From: Trichormus sp. ATA11-4-KO1
GTDB lineage: Bacteria > Cyanobacteriota > Cyanobacteriia > Cyanobacteriales > Nostocaceae
Direction: 5' to 3'
DNA: 64,000 nucleotides
Assembly (NCBI GenBank): GCA_019358915.1
Contig: JAHHIM010000010.1
Location: 32,001-96,000 of the forward strand
The position numbers were made by a program, and so were the translations under genes. Positions 8,589 through 19,879 of this stretch are shown piece by piece (position 1 is the first letter of the stretch; each line of letters opens with the position of its first letter). The notes under the pieces are model-generated. The model made no database searches and had not been told where the DNA came from. It saw only the letters and a list, made by a program, of their open reading frames with translations.

Positions 8589-8802
8589 ATTTTACAGATC
8601 AGATGAGTTGATTTTTCTCGAAGATACGTAACAAACATAATTTCACCCTGGCATTTTTGAGGGACTGCCCTTGTTTTAGTTTAATCTACTAATGACGTAC
8701 CTATAAAGATTCTAAAGTATAAGAGATGGATTGCTAATATGTACTGATAATTGATGTAGTGGTAATCTTTATGATAATTAAGTTCTCAGTATCAAAGAGA
8801 AT

Positions 8803-9930
8803 CTACTGAAGAATGCCCAAAACAAACTCACCTTGATTTACAGCTTGATTGGTGGAAATCTCATAAACAAATCCATTTTGTTCAGCACAGATATCAATCA
8901 CAGTTGGTAATTTACCTGCTTTATTAAAACTGAGAATTTGATACAGTCTTTCTCCTGTCTTCACAACAGTACCCAATTCCACTCTTGATTGAATCATGCC
9001 ACCGGCGATCGCGTAATATTTTTTTCTTTTGCTGCTGACTGCAAAAATCATTTCCTGATATGTTGTCTTGAGAGTTAAGTCAGAAGTTAGCAATATCCCT
9101 TTTTGTGCTAAATAGTTTTTCACACTCTGCACACCTTTGGTAACTGAATCCGGGTGCATCTGCATTCCTGTTCCTAGTTCCAGCGTCCAAGCTTCCACAT
9201 CAAATTTAATTTCTCTCCCCAGGCTTTTAAAACAAGCTTCTAAAGCTAACCAAGGTTTGATAAAAGCCTCATCAAAGGCATCCCCATCATATTTATCTAG
9301 TAAGATACCGAAATCAAACAGGAAATATTTGGCACTTACTTCCTGATGAGGAAAGTAATAAAGGTAGTTTAAACCTTGATTTGTCGAACTATGTAAATCA
9401 ATCAAATAATTTGCATCTAAACTGAGAGATTGTAGCTGGTAGCGAAAACGTTCAGTGTAAGGTACGCTACTAGGAGAATTAATTTTTTCTAAAATTTTCG
9501 TCAATTCTTGCTGAATTATAGTTAGATAATTTTGTCGGACGACCTCTTGATTAATCTGAAGTTGAGATTTAGTAAAGGCTACTAAATCATCAGCTTCTTT
9601 CTCGTAATCCCAAAAAATCCGGTTCCAGTCTTTAGCTTCGTAGACACAAAATCGCCCTGGAGAAAAACTATGAGAACGTTCGTTAGTTCCCATAGGATTA
9701 CAAACAGGAACCAGCCAAATTTCTCCAATTAAATCAGTATCATTGATCGACAGCAAAAATTCAATTAGTTGATGAATAACGGCATTCCCAGCAATTTCTG
9801 CTCCATGCAAATTAGATTGAATATAAACTTTTTTACCTGAATGAGCGCCAATAAATTTGTAAACTTGCAGAAATAGGCGATCGCCTGAAGCCATTTGACG
9901 AAGAAAAATCGTTTCAATAACAGGAATCAT
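8803..9930 (-). CDS. Succinylglutamate desuccinylase/aspartoacylase family (M14-like) protein
   Basis: LHGAE, CNPMG, DWNR, LIDLHS, TLELG motifs. Confidence 0.88.
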   Translation of the reverse strand: MIPVIETIFLRQMASGDRLFLQVYKFIGAHSGKKVYIQSNLHGAEIAGNAVIHQLIEFLLSINDTDLIGEIWLVPVCNPMGTNERSHSFSPGRFCVYEAKDWNRIFWDYEKEADDLVAFTKSQLQINQEVVRQNYLTIIQQELTKILEKINSPSSVPYTERFRYQLQSLSLDANYLIDLHSSTNQGLNYLYYFPHQEVSAKYFLFDFGILLDKYDGDAFDEAFIKPWLALEACFKSLGREIKFDVEAWTLELGTGMQMHPDSVTKGVQSVKNYLAQKGILLTSDLTLKTTYQEMIFAVSSKRKKYYAIAGGMIQSRVELGTVVKTGERLYQILSFNKAGKLPTVIDICAEQNGFVYEISTNQAVNQGEFVLGILQ

Positions 9931-10083
9931 AAAAAAATCGCCGCTGATTTAAGTAATGTACCAGAGAAGTACAACATTTTACCTTTTGACTTTCTGATGT
10001 ATTACGCAGCACCATCAAGGCGATCGCTAATATTATTAAACAAAGTGCCACTATCAGATTCACTCGCTCTCACAATCAACACA

Positions 10084-11481
10084 ATGGCAATAACAGCAAT
10101 CAATCCTTATCTTAATAGCAATTTTGCGCCAGTCCGTGCAGAAATCACCACCGACAATTTAAAAGTCATAGGTGAGTTACCTGCCAACCTATCAGGAATG
10201 TTTGTGCGGAATGGCCCTAATCCTCAATGGTCACCGATTGGCCAGTATCACTGGTTTGATGGCGATGGGATGTTGCACGGTGTGAGGATTAGCAACGGTC
10301 AAGCTAGTTATAGCAATCGCTATGTGCAGACACAAGCATGGAAAATAGAACAAGCCGCAGGAAAAGCTGTATGGTCTGGGTTATTAGAACCGCCGCAGAT
10401 GGATAATCCTCATGGTGCATACAAAAATACTGCCAATACAGCCTTAGTTTGGCACGCTGGTCAGGTGTTGGCATTAAATGAAGGCGGTGCGCCTCACGCT
10501 ATCAAAGTTCCTGATTTAGAGACAAAAGGTGAATATACTTACAACGGTAAGCTAGTTTCTGCTTTCACAGCTCATCCAAAGGTAGACCCAGACATCGGCG
10601 AAATGATGTTCTTTGGTTACTCGTTCACCCCACCATACTTGCAATACAGCATAGTGTCAGCAGCAGGTGAGTTGCTGCGAACAGTGCCAATTAACCTGCC
10701 AATGGGAGTGATGATGCACGATTTTGCCATCACGGAAAATTACACGATATTTATGGATTTACCCCTGACTTTCAACCCAGAAAGAATGCAACGGGGAGAA
10801 TCTTTAATGATGTTTGAGCGCGATCGCCCCAGTCGTTTTGGTATTGTCCCCCGTTATGGCGATAATAGTAATATTCGCTGGTTTGAAAGTTCTCCTTGCT
10901 ACGTCTTTCATACCCTCAACGCCTATGAAGTTCAAGATGAAATAGTACTAGTTGCCTGTCGGATGAATGCTACCACCGTCTTAAATGCTAGTAATTCCCA
11001 ACCCGATTTGGAAGCTGATATCCCCCGTCTGCATCGCTGGCGATTTAACCTCAGCACAGGCAAGGTACAAGAGGAAATGTTAGACGATGTACCTGCGGAG
11101 TTTCCTCGCATCAACGAAAACTACTTGGGGCAACTAACGAGATATGGTTATGCTGGCAGGATGGCGAAGAATTCTTTACCATTGTTCGATGGTTTAATCA
11201 AGTATGACCTGAGCAATGGCAAATCCCATACCCATGAATTCGGACGGGGACGCTATGGGGGTGAAACTGTGTTTGCTCCGAGCCTGAATGCAACAGCTGA
11301 AGATGATGGCTGGTTGGTTACTTTTGTTTATGATGAGGATTTAGAAACTTCTGAGCTTGTAGTGATCAACGCTCAAGATGTCACCTCTGAACCGATAGCA
11401 CGGGTAATCATTCCCCAAAGAGTGCCCTATGGGTTCCACGGTACTTGGATTTCTGAGCAACAGTTGCAGGTTTCTGTTTAA
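10084..11481 (+). CDS. Carotenoid cleavage dioxygenase (RPE65 family)
   Basis: RNGPNP, HWFDGDGM, FTAHPK, MMHDF, VFHT, VPYGFHG (four Fe-binding His). Confidence 0.95.
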   Translation: MAITAINPYLNSNFAPVRAEITTDNLKVIGELPANLSGMFVRNGPNPQWSPIGQYHWFDGDGMLHGVRISNGQASYSNRYVQTQAWKIEQAAGKAVWSGLLEPPQMDNPHGAYKNTANTALVWHAGQVLALNEGGAPHAIKVPDLETKGEYTYNGKLVSAFTAHPKVDPDIGEMMFFGYSFTPPYLQYSIVSAAGELLRTVPINLPMGVMMHDFAITENYTIFMDLPLTFNPERMQRGESLMMFERDRPSRFGIVPRYGDNSNIRWFESSPCYVFHTLNAYEVQDEIVLVACRMNATTVLNASNSQPDLEADIPRLHRWRFNLSTGKVQEEMLDDVPAEFPRINENYLGQLTRYGYAGRMAKNSLPLFDGLIKYDLSNGKSHTHEFGRGRYGGETVFAPSLNATAEDDGWLVTFVYDEDLETSELVVINAQDVTSEPIARVIIPQRVPYGFHGTWISEQQLQVSV

Positions 11482-11485
11482 TAAT

Positions 11486-11616
11486 TAAGTAGGTGGGTGG
11501 GAAAATTTATCGCTAGGATAAGGCAGAAGGCAGAAGGCAGGAGGCAGAAGGGAAGAGGGTTTTAAGCTGATTCATATTTCTTTACATAGTTGATTTTATT
11601 TGTGCCTACCTACTTA
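11486..11616. mobile_element. TA-flanked MITE with internal (GGCAGAA)n; copy 1
   Basis: TA|AGTAGGTGGG...CCTACCTACT|TA. Near-identical inverted copy at 60093-60226. Confidence 0.88.
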
Positions 11617-11617
11617 T

Positions 11618-11830
11618 CTATTCCTGTACGGTCTCAACTAATTCTTCAATCATCACATCAAAAGTTTTTGCCAACTTCTGAATAGCGGTAAAATCCACAG
11701 TTGCCAATCCAGGCGATCGCGCATAAGTTCTCAGAGTGCTGTAAACTACACCAGAACGGTCAGATACTTCTTTCAATGTCCAACCTTTTTGGGCAGCAAA
11801 CTCGCGAATCTTCAGCCGAATCATTCCCAT
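11618..11830 (-). CDS. Cro/C1-type HTH transcriptional regulator
   Basis: WTLKEVSDRSGVVYSTL...KLAKTFDV; 70 aa. Confidence 0.85.
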   Translation of the reverse strand: MGMIRLKIREFAAQKGWTLKEVSDRSGVVYSTLRTYARSPGLATVDFTAIQKLAKTFDVMIEELVETVQE

Positions 11831-12012
11831 AATTTGTTTATTCAATGACTTGTATGAGTCGCTGAATGATTGTATCATATAAAACGATCACCCTTTGGCC
11901 TAGGAAACTGAAGGGCGATCGCATGATTGACAATACGTATCCGGTAAAACGGATCATGTCTTCACCCCTATCCATTGACAGGGCAAAATCTACCCGCTTT
12001 ACAGACATTTTT

Positions 12013-12546
12013 ATGGTATCATCACTCCAGCGAAAAGCGCTTGCTATCCGTGAATCGAAAATTGTCCACAAATCGTTAATCTCTCATCAACTATCACGGT
12101 TTGTCACGGAAGAAGCAATTTGCTTGATGTACAGAATTAGCTTGCAAGATATATATGTAGTTGAATGCTGGCGATATGTGGTTTATGTCCATGCCCAGGG
12201 TGTGAGTAAGTTTGTCAGCTATGCCGATTTTCCGCCAATCTTAGGAGTAACGCCACCTACTACAACCAACTTTATCAAATGGCGCAAGCGTTGGCGCCAG
12301 CAACATGACTATGCCTACAGAAACCAGGCTCCCCAGTGGTGGGCAGAATTTTTTGCACAAGAATTTAGGCAAGCTACCTCAGAATCTGTGTTGTACGGTT
12401 GGAGCAAATTACTTGGGTTAATTACATTTGCCTTTACTGAAGATACTTGGCAGATACTCCAAGCAAGCTATTACCAGGAAAAATTGCTTTTAGGATCTCA
12501 CGCCAAGACACAAAGGCACACAGAAAAACTCAGTATTTTGGCGTGA
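12013..12546 (+). CDS. Hypothetical protein divergent from the HTH gene
   Basis: Long ORF with VECWRYVVYVH...FVSY motif. Start uncertain (11866/11923/12013). Confidence 0.6.
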   Translation: MVSSLQRKALAIRESKIVHKSLISHQLSRFVTEEAICLMYRISLQDIYVVECWRYVVYVHAQGVSKFVSYADFPPILGVTPPTTTNFIKWRKRWRQQHDYAYRNQAPQWWAEFFAQEFRQATSESVLYGWSKLLGLITFAFTEDTWQILQASYYQEKLLLGSHAKTQRHTEKLSILA

Positions 12547-12563
12547 AATTTAATGGCGATCGC

Positions 12564-13466
12564 TTATTCAGATGCTTTGTTATTAGCTCGATTCGCACGC
12601 GCTTCGGCTGAAGCCATCACTTCCTCAAAGTTCTCTAGTACTTCACCTGGGAAGTTTTCCAAAACTCTGGTAGAAAGAGCTACCCGACCTTTTCCTTCAT
12701 CCAAGTCAATAATTACAGCTTTAATGATTTGACCAACTTGAAAAACTTTTTCTAGGGATTCAATGAATTTTTGGCTCACTTGCTTGATATGTAGTAAGGC
12801 ACTGAGACCATCTAAATCGACAAATACCCCAAAAGGTTTAATGCCAGTAACTTTACCTTCTACTAGCTGACCTAGTTCTAACAAGCTGAAACTGCTAGAA
12901 CGAGTTGCCAAGCGTTGGGAAAGGATGAGTTTATTGGTGTTACGATTAATTTCCAAAAAACCCACAGTCAAAGTATGACCTTTGAGTCCTTCTAAATTAT
13001 CCCGTTCAGCCAAGTGCGATCGCGGAATAAATCCCCGTAAAGACAGCAGGTCAACGGTGACACCACCTTTATTTACACCCATGACCCTGACTTGCACTGT
13101 CTGGCCATTTTCCTGCATTTGTGCCAGTCGTTCCCAGACCTGCTGAATTTCCAACTGCTTGCGCGAAAGGGTGACTTGACCTTCTGCATCCTGATCTCGG
13201 ATAATCAAAAACTCTAGTTCCTCTTGCAACGGCAGCACCTCCGATAAATCGGTAATTGCTCTCAAAGAAGCCTCATCGCGGGGAAGAAAAGCTGACGACT
13301 TGCCACCAATATCAACATAAGCTCCATCATGGTCAAGTTGAAACACTTTGCCATGTACAACCTGTCCCTTCTGAAACTGGTAGTCGTGTACTTCTAGTGC
13401 TTTGGCAAAATCGTCCATCGTAAAAGACGAATTGGCTGGTTGAGAAAGTTTCGATTCGGAGTTCAT
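12564..13466 (-). CDS. rps1b: 30S ribosomal protein S1 homolog B (three S1 domains)
   Basis: GAYVDIGGK, RGFIPRSH, FGVFVD S1 repeats; cyanobacterial 300-aa form. Confidence 0.85.
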   Translation of the reverse strand: MNSESKLSQPANSSFTMDDFAKALEVHDYQFQKGQVVHGKVFQLDHDGAYVDIGGKSSAFLPRDEASLRAITDLSEVLPLQEELEFLIIRDQDAEGQVTLSRKQLEIQQVWERLAQMQENGQTVQVRVMGVNKGGVTVDLLSLRGFIPRSHLAERDNLEGLKGHTLTVGFLEINRNTNKLILSQRLATRSSSFSLLELGQLVEGKVTGIKPFGVFVDLDGLSALLHIKQVSQKFIESLEKVFQVGQIIKAVIIDLDEGKGRVALSTRVLENFPGEVLENFEEVMASAEARANRANNKASE

Positions 13467-13582
13467 GACAATTGAAGATAAATTGTTATTTGATTTGATG
13501 CCACTGGAGTTTTACTAAACGCCTAACAAAGTCCGGATAGGTGGGAGTGTTAGTTGGATATGCCTGTAATTATGGCATGGGG

Positions 13583-13710
13583 AAGCCAGTGCGTTGCGGT
13601 GGACAATTTTCCTGCCCCGCATCAGCAAAGTGGTGTCAAGCTCTGACGGGCATAGCCGCGCCGCAGGCTTTACCCACAGGGAAGTTCCGTCCGTTGTAGC
13701 AACTGGTGTC
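13583..13710. repeat. GC-rich nested palindromic dispersed repeat (SDR-like)
   Basis: Shell AAGCCAGTGC..TTG ... TTGTAGCAACTGG shared with 37081-37170. Confidence 0.6.
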
Positions 13711-13755
13711 ATTTTGCATAGACCCCAAGCTGGGAACTTCCGCCATGCTTTTTCT

Positions 13756-14502
13756 CTATGCTTTTAACACACTGCCAAAGAGTTGTTTTACCTGCTCCCA
13801 AGCATCAGCTGCGGCTTTAGGATTATAGCTGCCACGACGGTCACAGAAAAATCCGTGGTCAGCTCCATCGTAGCGAAACACATGATGAGAAATGTTGTAT
13901 TTTTCTAACTCTGCGGCAATCTCATCTACCTGTTCTACGGGAATACTGGCATCTGCCATCCCAAAGAAGGCATATAGTGTGCCTTTTATTTCTGGGGTGC
14001 GCGTGACAGTGGGAGCGCCACCTCCTGGTGTCCGGGTAGTAATGCCAGCACCATAAAAGGAAGCAGTAGCTTTGATATCTGGTAAGGTAGCGGCAAGATA
14101 TGCTACATGACCACCAAAACAAAAGCCAATACAGCCAAAGCCATCTTTGTTCACTTGCGGCAGGCTTTTCAGATAATCAATTGCCAATTGAATATCATTC
14201 AATAACTCGGATGCTTGAGTTTGCATCGCGTATCCCCTACCAATTTCAATATCTTCGGGGGTGTAGCCAGTGGCAAAACCAGGGGCTTGACGTTGAAAGA
14301 GTGCGGGGGCGATCGTCACATATCCTAGTTTGGCAATCCGTTCTGTAACTTCTCGAATGTGATCGTTAATACCAAAAATTTCCTGTAACACCACAACTCC
14401 TGGGTAAGATCCAGATGCTTGCGGCTGTGCTAAGTAAGCAGATACTAGGAAATTATCTTGCGAAAGTTTAACCGTTGTGGTATCTATTACTTGCTCTGAC
14501 AT
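13756..14502 (-). CDS. Dienelactone hydrolase family protein
   Basis: QEIFG, GFCFGG nucleophile elbow, ADHGF. Confidence 0.95.
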   Translation of the reverse strand: MSEQVIDTTTVKLSQDNFLVSAYLAQPQASGSYPGVVVLQEIFGINDHIREVTERIAKLGYVTIAPALFQRQAPGFATGYTPEDIEIGRGYAMQTQASELLNDIQLAIDYLKSLPQVNKDGFGCIGFCFGGHVAYLAATLPDIKATASFYGAGITTRTPGGGAPTVTRTPEIKGTLYAFFGMADASIPVEQVDEIAAELEKYNISHHVFRYDGADHGFFCDRRGSYNPKAAADAWEQVKQLFGSVLKA

Positions 14503-14789
14503 AAAAATTTTACCGATGCAATGTAATTGGCTAGGTGATTATTTGATATAACTATGCCAGTATATCCAGGCGATTCCCATCAAATTATTCATCACTATAA
14601 AGTGAGCGCATGAGAAATTTCCACCTAAAAAACCTATGTGTAAATAAAATATTGGACATGTAACAAATACAGCTAGTAAAGGTTGGCTTTAATCAGCCAG
14701 CCATTTAAAATGCTAAAACCCTTACGAATTAAGAATTACGTAAAGCGGTACTAGTCATTTGCCCGTCTTAGTCTTCAAGAGGTTTGGTG

Positions 14790-15776
14790 ATGATTCAATT
14801 CCGTATTCAGCCAGACAGTGAAATTCCGGCATCAACCCAACTATTTAATCAAATCCGGTTTGCGATCGCCTCCCGGCAATATCCGCCTAGTTACAAATTG
14901 CCAAGCACACGGGCACTAGCAATGCAAACTGGGTTACACCGCAATACCATTAGCAAGGTTTACCGCCAGTTGGAAGAAGACGGGTTTGTGGAAAGTCTGG
15001 CTGGTTCGGGAATTTATGTCCGCGCCCAGGGTCATGAAGGTGGTAGCAGACTGCAATCCCCCATTGTGAAAAAACATCCCGACGATGCCTATAAACTTGT
15101 GCAGCAAGCACTTGACGAAATGCTCTCTCAAGGCTACTCACTCAATCAAGCACGGGAACTATTTTTAGCGGAAATTGACTGGCGCTTGCGTTGTAGCGCC
15201 CAAGTGCTGGTTGCAGTGCCCACTCATGACATCGGCGCTGGTGAATTAATGGTGTATGAGTTAGAACTGGCTCTGAAAATACCAGTACAGTTGGTAGCGA
15301 TGGAAGAACTAACAGCTGTACTAGATAAAACTAACTCGGCAACAGTAGTTACAAGTCGATATTTTATCGGTGATGTGGAAGCGATCGCTGCACCGAAAGC
15401 TGTACGTGTGATTCCTCTGGATATCTATGACTACACTAAAGAACTGAATTTGCTGAAAACCTTGCCAAAAGAAAATTGTGTAGGCATAGTCAGCCTCAGT
15501 TCGGGAATTGCCCGCGCCGCCGAAGTTATTCTCCACGGTTTACGAGGAGATGAACTATTGGTGATGACTTCACAACCCAAAGATGCTTACAAACTGCAAG
15601 CGATTGTCAGACGCGCTGAAGTCATTATCAGTGATCAAGCCAGTTTTCCCGCAGTGCAAGCAGCAGTGCAGGCATCTCTTGAAGATATTATTCGTCCACC
15701 TAAGCTGATTAAGGTGGAAAACTACATCGGCACTAGCTCGATTAACTTGTTAAAACGCGAACTAGGTTTGAGTTAA
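14790..15776 (+). CDS. plmA: GntR-family regulator PlmA
   Basis: MIQFRIQPDSEIPASTQL, LPSTRALA...LHRNT winged HTH and cyanobacterial PlmA C-domain. Confidence 0.92.
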   Translation: MIQFRIQPDSEIPASTQLFNQIRFAIASRQYPPSYKLPSTRALAMQTGLHRNTISKVYRQLEEDGFVESLAGSGIYVRAQGHEGGSRLQSPIVKKHPDDAYKLVQQALDEMLSQGYSLNQARELFLAEIDWRLRCSAQVLVAVPTHDIGAGELMVYELELALKIPVQLVAMEELTAVLDKTNSATVVTSRYFIGDVEAIAAPKAVRVIPLDIYDYTKELNLLKTLPKENCVGIVSLSSGIARAAEVILHGLRGDELLVMTSQPKDAYKLQAIVRRAEVIISDQASFPAVQAAVQASLEDIIRPPKLIKVENYIGTSSINLLKRELGLS

Positions 15777-15850
15777 CCCATAGGTAGAAGAGAAAAAACA
15801 TAGATAGGAGGAATATGGTATAGGCAGACACATTTAAGTTAAAGTTTTTT

Positions 15851-16522
15851 ATGTTTGTAGAAATGCAACCTCATGTTGGTTTGATAGAAGCAATTAAACA
15901 GCGTCGTGCAGCTAGAGCGTTCAAAAGCGATCGCATTCCTGAAGCGATTTTGCAAGAAATCCTGCAACTAGGAATACAAGCACCATCGGGCTTTAACCTC
16001 CAGCCTTGGCAATTTATTCTCGTTACGGAGCAAGCAAACAAAGATAAACTCCAACAATGTGCTTTTAACCAGCGCCAAGTGGGTGAAGCGCCAGTAGTAT
16101 TAATTTGTTGTGGCGATCGCCGTGTAAGTAATAGGGAAAATATCGCCTCTGTCATCCATCTAGGGGAAGAGAATGGAATGATGACCGATAGCTACGCCAA
16201 TTATATGCGTTCCAGCATCCCCGAATTCTTTGCTAATCATCCCAGCTTTACCACAATGGAGGCGTGGACTAATCGCCACACCATGTTAGCCGTAGCCCAT
16301 ATGATGATTGTGGCCAAAAGTTTTGGAGTTGATAGCTGTCCCATGGAAGGATTTGTCAGTACTCAAGTCAAGGAAACATTCCAAATTCCTGAGGAAGTTG
16401 ATGTTTGCTGTTTACTGGCACTCGGCTATGCTGATGAACCCCTTAAACAGTACGGAGGACGCTTTTCTCTCGACCAAGTTTGCTTTCATGAAAGCTATGG
16501 CGAACCCTTCAGACTCAGTTAA
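15851..16522 (+). CDS. Nitroreductase family protein
   Basis: RRAARAF, APSGFNLQPW, SCPMEGF. Confidence 0.93.
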   Translation: MFVEMQPHVGLIEAIKQRRAARAFKSDRIPEAILQEILQLGIQAPSGFNLQPWQFILVTEQANKDKLQQCAFNQRQVGEAPVVLICCGDRRVSNRENIASVIHLGEENGMMTDSYANYMRSSIPEFFANHPSFTTMEAWTNRHTMLAVAHMMIVAKSFGVDSCPMEGFVSTQVKETFQIPEEVDVCCLLALGYADEPLKQYGGRFSLDQVCFHESYGEPFRLS

Positions 16523-17439
16523 CTCGCTTGTGGTTCTGATGCGGTAACTTGCAAAAACTCTCGCACCCGTCGCAGGTAAGTTGGTGCATCTTCCAACATC
16601 GGGAAATGTGCTGTATTGGGAATCATCACAAACTCAACTTGATCATTCTGTGCGGCGGCTTGCCGTCCCATCTTGGCAGGAATAATCTGGTCATATTCTC
16701 CAGATATCAGCAAAGTTGGTACTGTCAACTTGGCAAATTCATCCGGCATTAATTCCGATTGTGCCTTACTGACTGAAGTAAAAATTGTCCCTAAGGCTGC
16801 ATCATAATCTGCTTCGAGAAAATCTTGTAAAAAAGCCTGACGCTCAGCATTTGGTATAGGGCTATGTAAAAATCTCGCCATAAACATTCGGTCAACAAAT
16901 GGTATTTTCCCTAACCATTTAGGACGGAATTTGACTACGTAGCTGCCAAATTTATGAAAAGCAGTAAAGGCTTTTTCGTCATACTCAAAAATCCCACTAC
17001 AGGTTAAAATTCCTCGTTCTACGCGTTGAGGGTAGCGGTTGAAGAACAATGTAGCAATAGATGCACCCATTGAATGAGCATTAATGTAAACACGCTGGAG
17101 TTGCAACTCATCTAACAAAGCTGCTAAATCCTCGGCATACTCCTCTAATTCATAAGTTAATTCTTTGATGGCCTCTGATTTTTCTAGAGTTGACTGAGAC
17201 TCGACAACAGATTCACCTGCTTGGGCTACGGTGGGTTTACCACGAGAACGCCCAAAACCCCGCAAATCGTAGAGTAAACAATCAAATTGGTCTACTAAAG
17301 CATCAGCCGTACTTTTCCAGTACCTAGCTGAACCAGCCCAACCATGAATAAAAACCATCACTGGCTTTACCAAGGAACCAGATGGTTTTTTCACCCACTC
17401 ATAGTAATGCTCAACGCCACGAACACAAATATAAGGCAT
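16519..17439 (-). CDS. Alpha/beta hydrolase
   Basis: HGW, DLRGFGRS, AHSMG, GEYD, TAHFPMLE. Confidence 0.93.
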   Translation of the reverse strand: MPYICVRGVEHYYEWVKKPSGSLVKPVMVFIHGWAGSARYWKSTADALVDQFDCLLYDLRGFGRSRGKPTVAQAGESVVESQSTLEKSEAIKELTYELEEYAEDLAALLDELQLQRVYINAHSMGASIATLFFNRYPQRVERGILTCSGIFEYDEKAFTAFHKFGSYVVKFRPKWLGKIPFVDRMFMARFLHSPIPNAERQAFLQDFLEADYDAALGTIFTSVSKAQSELMPDEFAKLTVPTLLISGEYDQIIPAKMGRQAAAQNDQVEFVMIPNTAHFPMLEDAPTYLRRVREFLQVTASEPQAS

Positions 17440-17444
17440 ATTGT

Positions 17445-17578
17445 AAAAGTCAAAAGTCAAAAGTCAAAAGCCAGAAGTCAAAAGTCAATTACTAATGACC
17501 AATGACCCTTCAGGTTCACCAGTTGCTCATGAGGGAAACCCCCAAGACCGCACTGGTTCACCAATGACTAATGACTAC
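17445..17578. repeat. STRR arrays (AAAGTCA)n and (AATGACY)n with an inserted palindromic SDR
   Basis: AAAAGTCAAAAGTCAAAAGTC...; AATGACC-[CTTCAGGTTCACCAGTTGC...CACTGGTTCACC]-AATGACT. Confidence 0.7.
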
Positions 17579-18918
17579 TAAGCTGATTCTGGCTTAGGCA
17601 GAGAAGACGGATGTACTATCAATTCAGCAGTGGAGCGCTTCTCAACCATTTCTCGCGTGACAGTGCAGCGAGTCACATCTTTACGAGATGGTAACTCGTA
17701 CATGACATCAAGCATCAATTCTTCCACAATGCCTCGCAGCGCCCTAGCACCAGTTTTCCGGCGGTAGGCTTCTTGCGCGATCGCTCGCAGGGCATCTGGC
17801 TTAAAGTCTAATTGGACATTATCCATTTTCAGCAATTTTTGGTACTGTTTCACCAACGCACTGCGTGGTTCTGTCAAAATTGCCATTAGCGCTTCTTCAT
17901 CCAACGGATCTACCACTGCTACCATTGGCACTCGTCCAATAAATTCGGGAATCATGCCAAACTTTACTAAGTCATCTGGTTCGAGATGACGGAGAGTATC
18001 AGCAGCCCGTTTTTCTTTGGATTGACCTTCACCTGGTTGCACAAAACCCATTGACTTTTTGCCCGCTCTCTGCTCTACCACCTTCTCTAAACCCACAAAC
18101 GCACCACCACAAACAAACAGAATGTTGCTGGTATCAATTTGAATGCAGTCTTGATAAGGATGCTTGCGTCCTCCCTGAGGTGGTACATTGGCGACTGTTC
18201 CCTCTAACATTTTCAGTAAAGCTTGCTGCACACCTTCACCAGAGACATCGCGTGTAATTGAGGGATTTTCACTCTTGCGAGCGATTTTATCAATTTCGTC
18301 AATGTAGATAATTCCTCGCTGGGCTTCCTCTACATCTAAATCTGCCACTTGCAATAGTCGCAGCAAAATATTTTCGACATCTTCACCTACGTACCCTGCT
18401 TCTGTTAGTGTCGTGGCATCAGCCACAGCGAAGGGTACATCCAAAATTGTGGCTAGGGTTTGCGCCAAGAGGGTTTTACCGCAACCAGTCGGGCCAATTA
18501 ACAAAATATTGGATTTTTGCAGTTCGACCGCATCGTCGGCAGCATTTTTACCATTGCCTTTAGATTGAATTACTGCCAGTCGTTTGTAATGGTTATAAAC
18601 TGCCACTGACAGCACTTTCTTGGCTTCGTCTTGACCAATGACGTGTTCGTCCAGATACTTTTTAATCTCTCTGGGTTTGGGAATTTGATTAAACGAAAGA
18701 CTGGAAGAGCGGGCACGGCGTTTTTGAGGTGGCTCTGACCTTGGTGCTGGTTGTGACGCCGCACTGCTGGTGTCGAGTAACTCCTCATCGAGGATTTCAT
18801 TACACAAGTCAACGCATTCATCGCAGATGTAGACTCCCGGACCTGCGATTAATTTACGCACCTGCTCTTGAGACTTGCCACAAAATGAACATTTTAAATG
18901 GGAGTCGTACTTAGACAT
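17578..18918 (-). CDS. clpX: ATP-dependent Clp protease ATP-binding subunit ClpX
   Basis: C4 zinc finger, [21 protein letters not shown]. Confidence 0.98.
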   Translation of the reverse strand: MSKYDSHLKCSFCGKSQEQVRKLIAGPGVYICDECVDLCNEILDEELLDTSSAASQPAPRSEPPQKRRARSSSLSFNQIPKPREIKKYLDEHVIGQDEAKKVLSVAVYNHYKRLAVIQSKGNGKNAADDAVELQKSNILLIGPTGCGKTLLAQTLATILDVPFAVADATTLTEAGYVGEDVENILLRLLQVADLDVEEAQRGIIYIDEIDKIARKSENPSITRDVSGEGVQQALLKMLEGTVANVPPQGGRKHPYQDCIQIDTSNILFVCGGAFVGLEKVVEQRAGKKSMGFVQPGEGQSKEKRAADTLRHLEPDDLVKFGMIPEFIGRVPMVAVVDPLDEEALMAILTEPRSALVKQYQKLLKMDNVQLDFKPDALRAIAQEAYRRKTGARALRGIVEELMLDVMYELPSRKDVTRCTVTREMVEKRSTAELIVHPSSLPKPESA

Positions 18919-18927
18919 ACCAGCCTC

Positions 18928-19626
18928 TTATTTCAGAATGGTGACGTTTTCCCCTGCGGTGGGAAGATTTTGTCTGGAGATGACCTGATCAATCAAACCG
19001 TAATTCTTTGCCTCTTCTGCCGACATAAAAAAGTCGCGTTCAGTATCTGCCTCAAGTCTTTCTAAGGCTTGACCAGTGTGATGAGCCAGTAACTGATTTA
19101 GCTTAGCCTTAATATAAAGGATTTCTCTCGCTTGAATTTCTATGTCAATGGCTTGACCTTGGGCACCACCTAATGGTTGGTGAATCATAATGCGAGAGTC
19201 AGGTAGAGACATCCGTTTACCAGCAGATCCGGCTGCTAATAGGAATGCCCCCATGCTGGCGGCTAATCCAAAACATATAGTAACAACATCGGGACGGATT
19301 TGCTGAATTGTATCATAAATTGCCATCCCTGCGTAGACGGAGCCGCCAGGAGAGTTTATGTACAGTTGAATGTCCTTTTCTGAGTCTTCGGCATCTAGGA
19401 ACAGCAATTGGGCAACAATTGAATTGGCAACAGCATCATCTATGGGAGTGCCCAAAAATATAATCCGCTCTCGCAGCAGGCGGGAGTAGATGTCAAACGC
19501 TCTTTCTCCCATACCAGACTGTTCTACCACCATTGGTACGATGTTGGTAGGGCTGCTCAAATGGGAGCTAATTTCTATTCGACTTAAACTGCTGATGGGG
19601 TGATTTCCCGACTGCGATAAAAGCAT
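18928..19626 (-). CDS. clpP: Clp protease proteolytic subunit
   Basis: [28 protein letters not shown]. Confidence 0.98.
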   Translation of the reverse strand: MLLSQSGNHPISSLSRIEISSHLSSPTNIVPMVVEQSGMGERAFDIYSRLLRERIIFLGTPIDDAVANSIVAQLLFLDAEDSEKDIQLYINSPGGSVYAGMAIYDTIQQIRPDVVTICFGLAASMGAFLLAAGSAGKRMSLPDSRIMIHQPLGGAQGQAIDIEIQAREILYIKAKLNQLLAHHTGQALERLEADTERDFFMSAEEAKNYGLIDQVISRQNLPTAGENVTILK

Positions 19627-19879
19627 ATAAGAACATTTGACAGTAAGTTAGGACAGGTTTGGCAGCAGTGATCACTGCCTTTTTTTACGGATGCAATTTT
19701 ATTTGAGCTATGTGTTAACCATTATGCCTCATCTATATTGCTTCCGTGTAAGTCAGTATCAAGCTAAGGCGATCACAGATGCCGTTATTTCTTGAAGATT
19801 CCTTAAATTTTTCAGTGCTGAGTCAACATTTTTCATACTCAGCACTCAGGAAGGAAGCACTTTCAAAAGCATTCAGCAC

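Noticed and set aside
8645..8675. GAGGGACTGCCC upstream of era looks like part of a SAM-I riboswitch
   Set aside because: No ATC.AGAG P1 or CAACC/GTGC elements.
19844..19860. 17-mer resembles the SRP RNA core (CAGG...GGAAGGAAGCAG)
   Set aside because: Lacks the TCCG segment and the long flanking stem; three copies with unrelated flanks.
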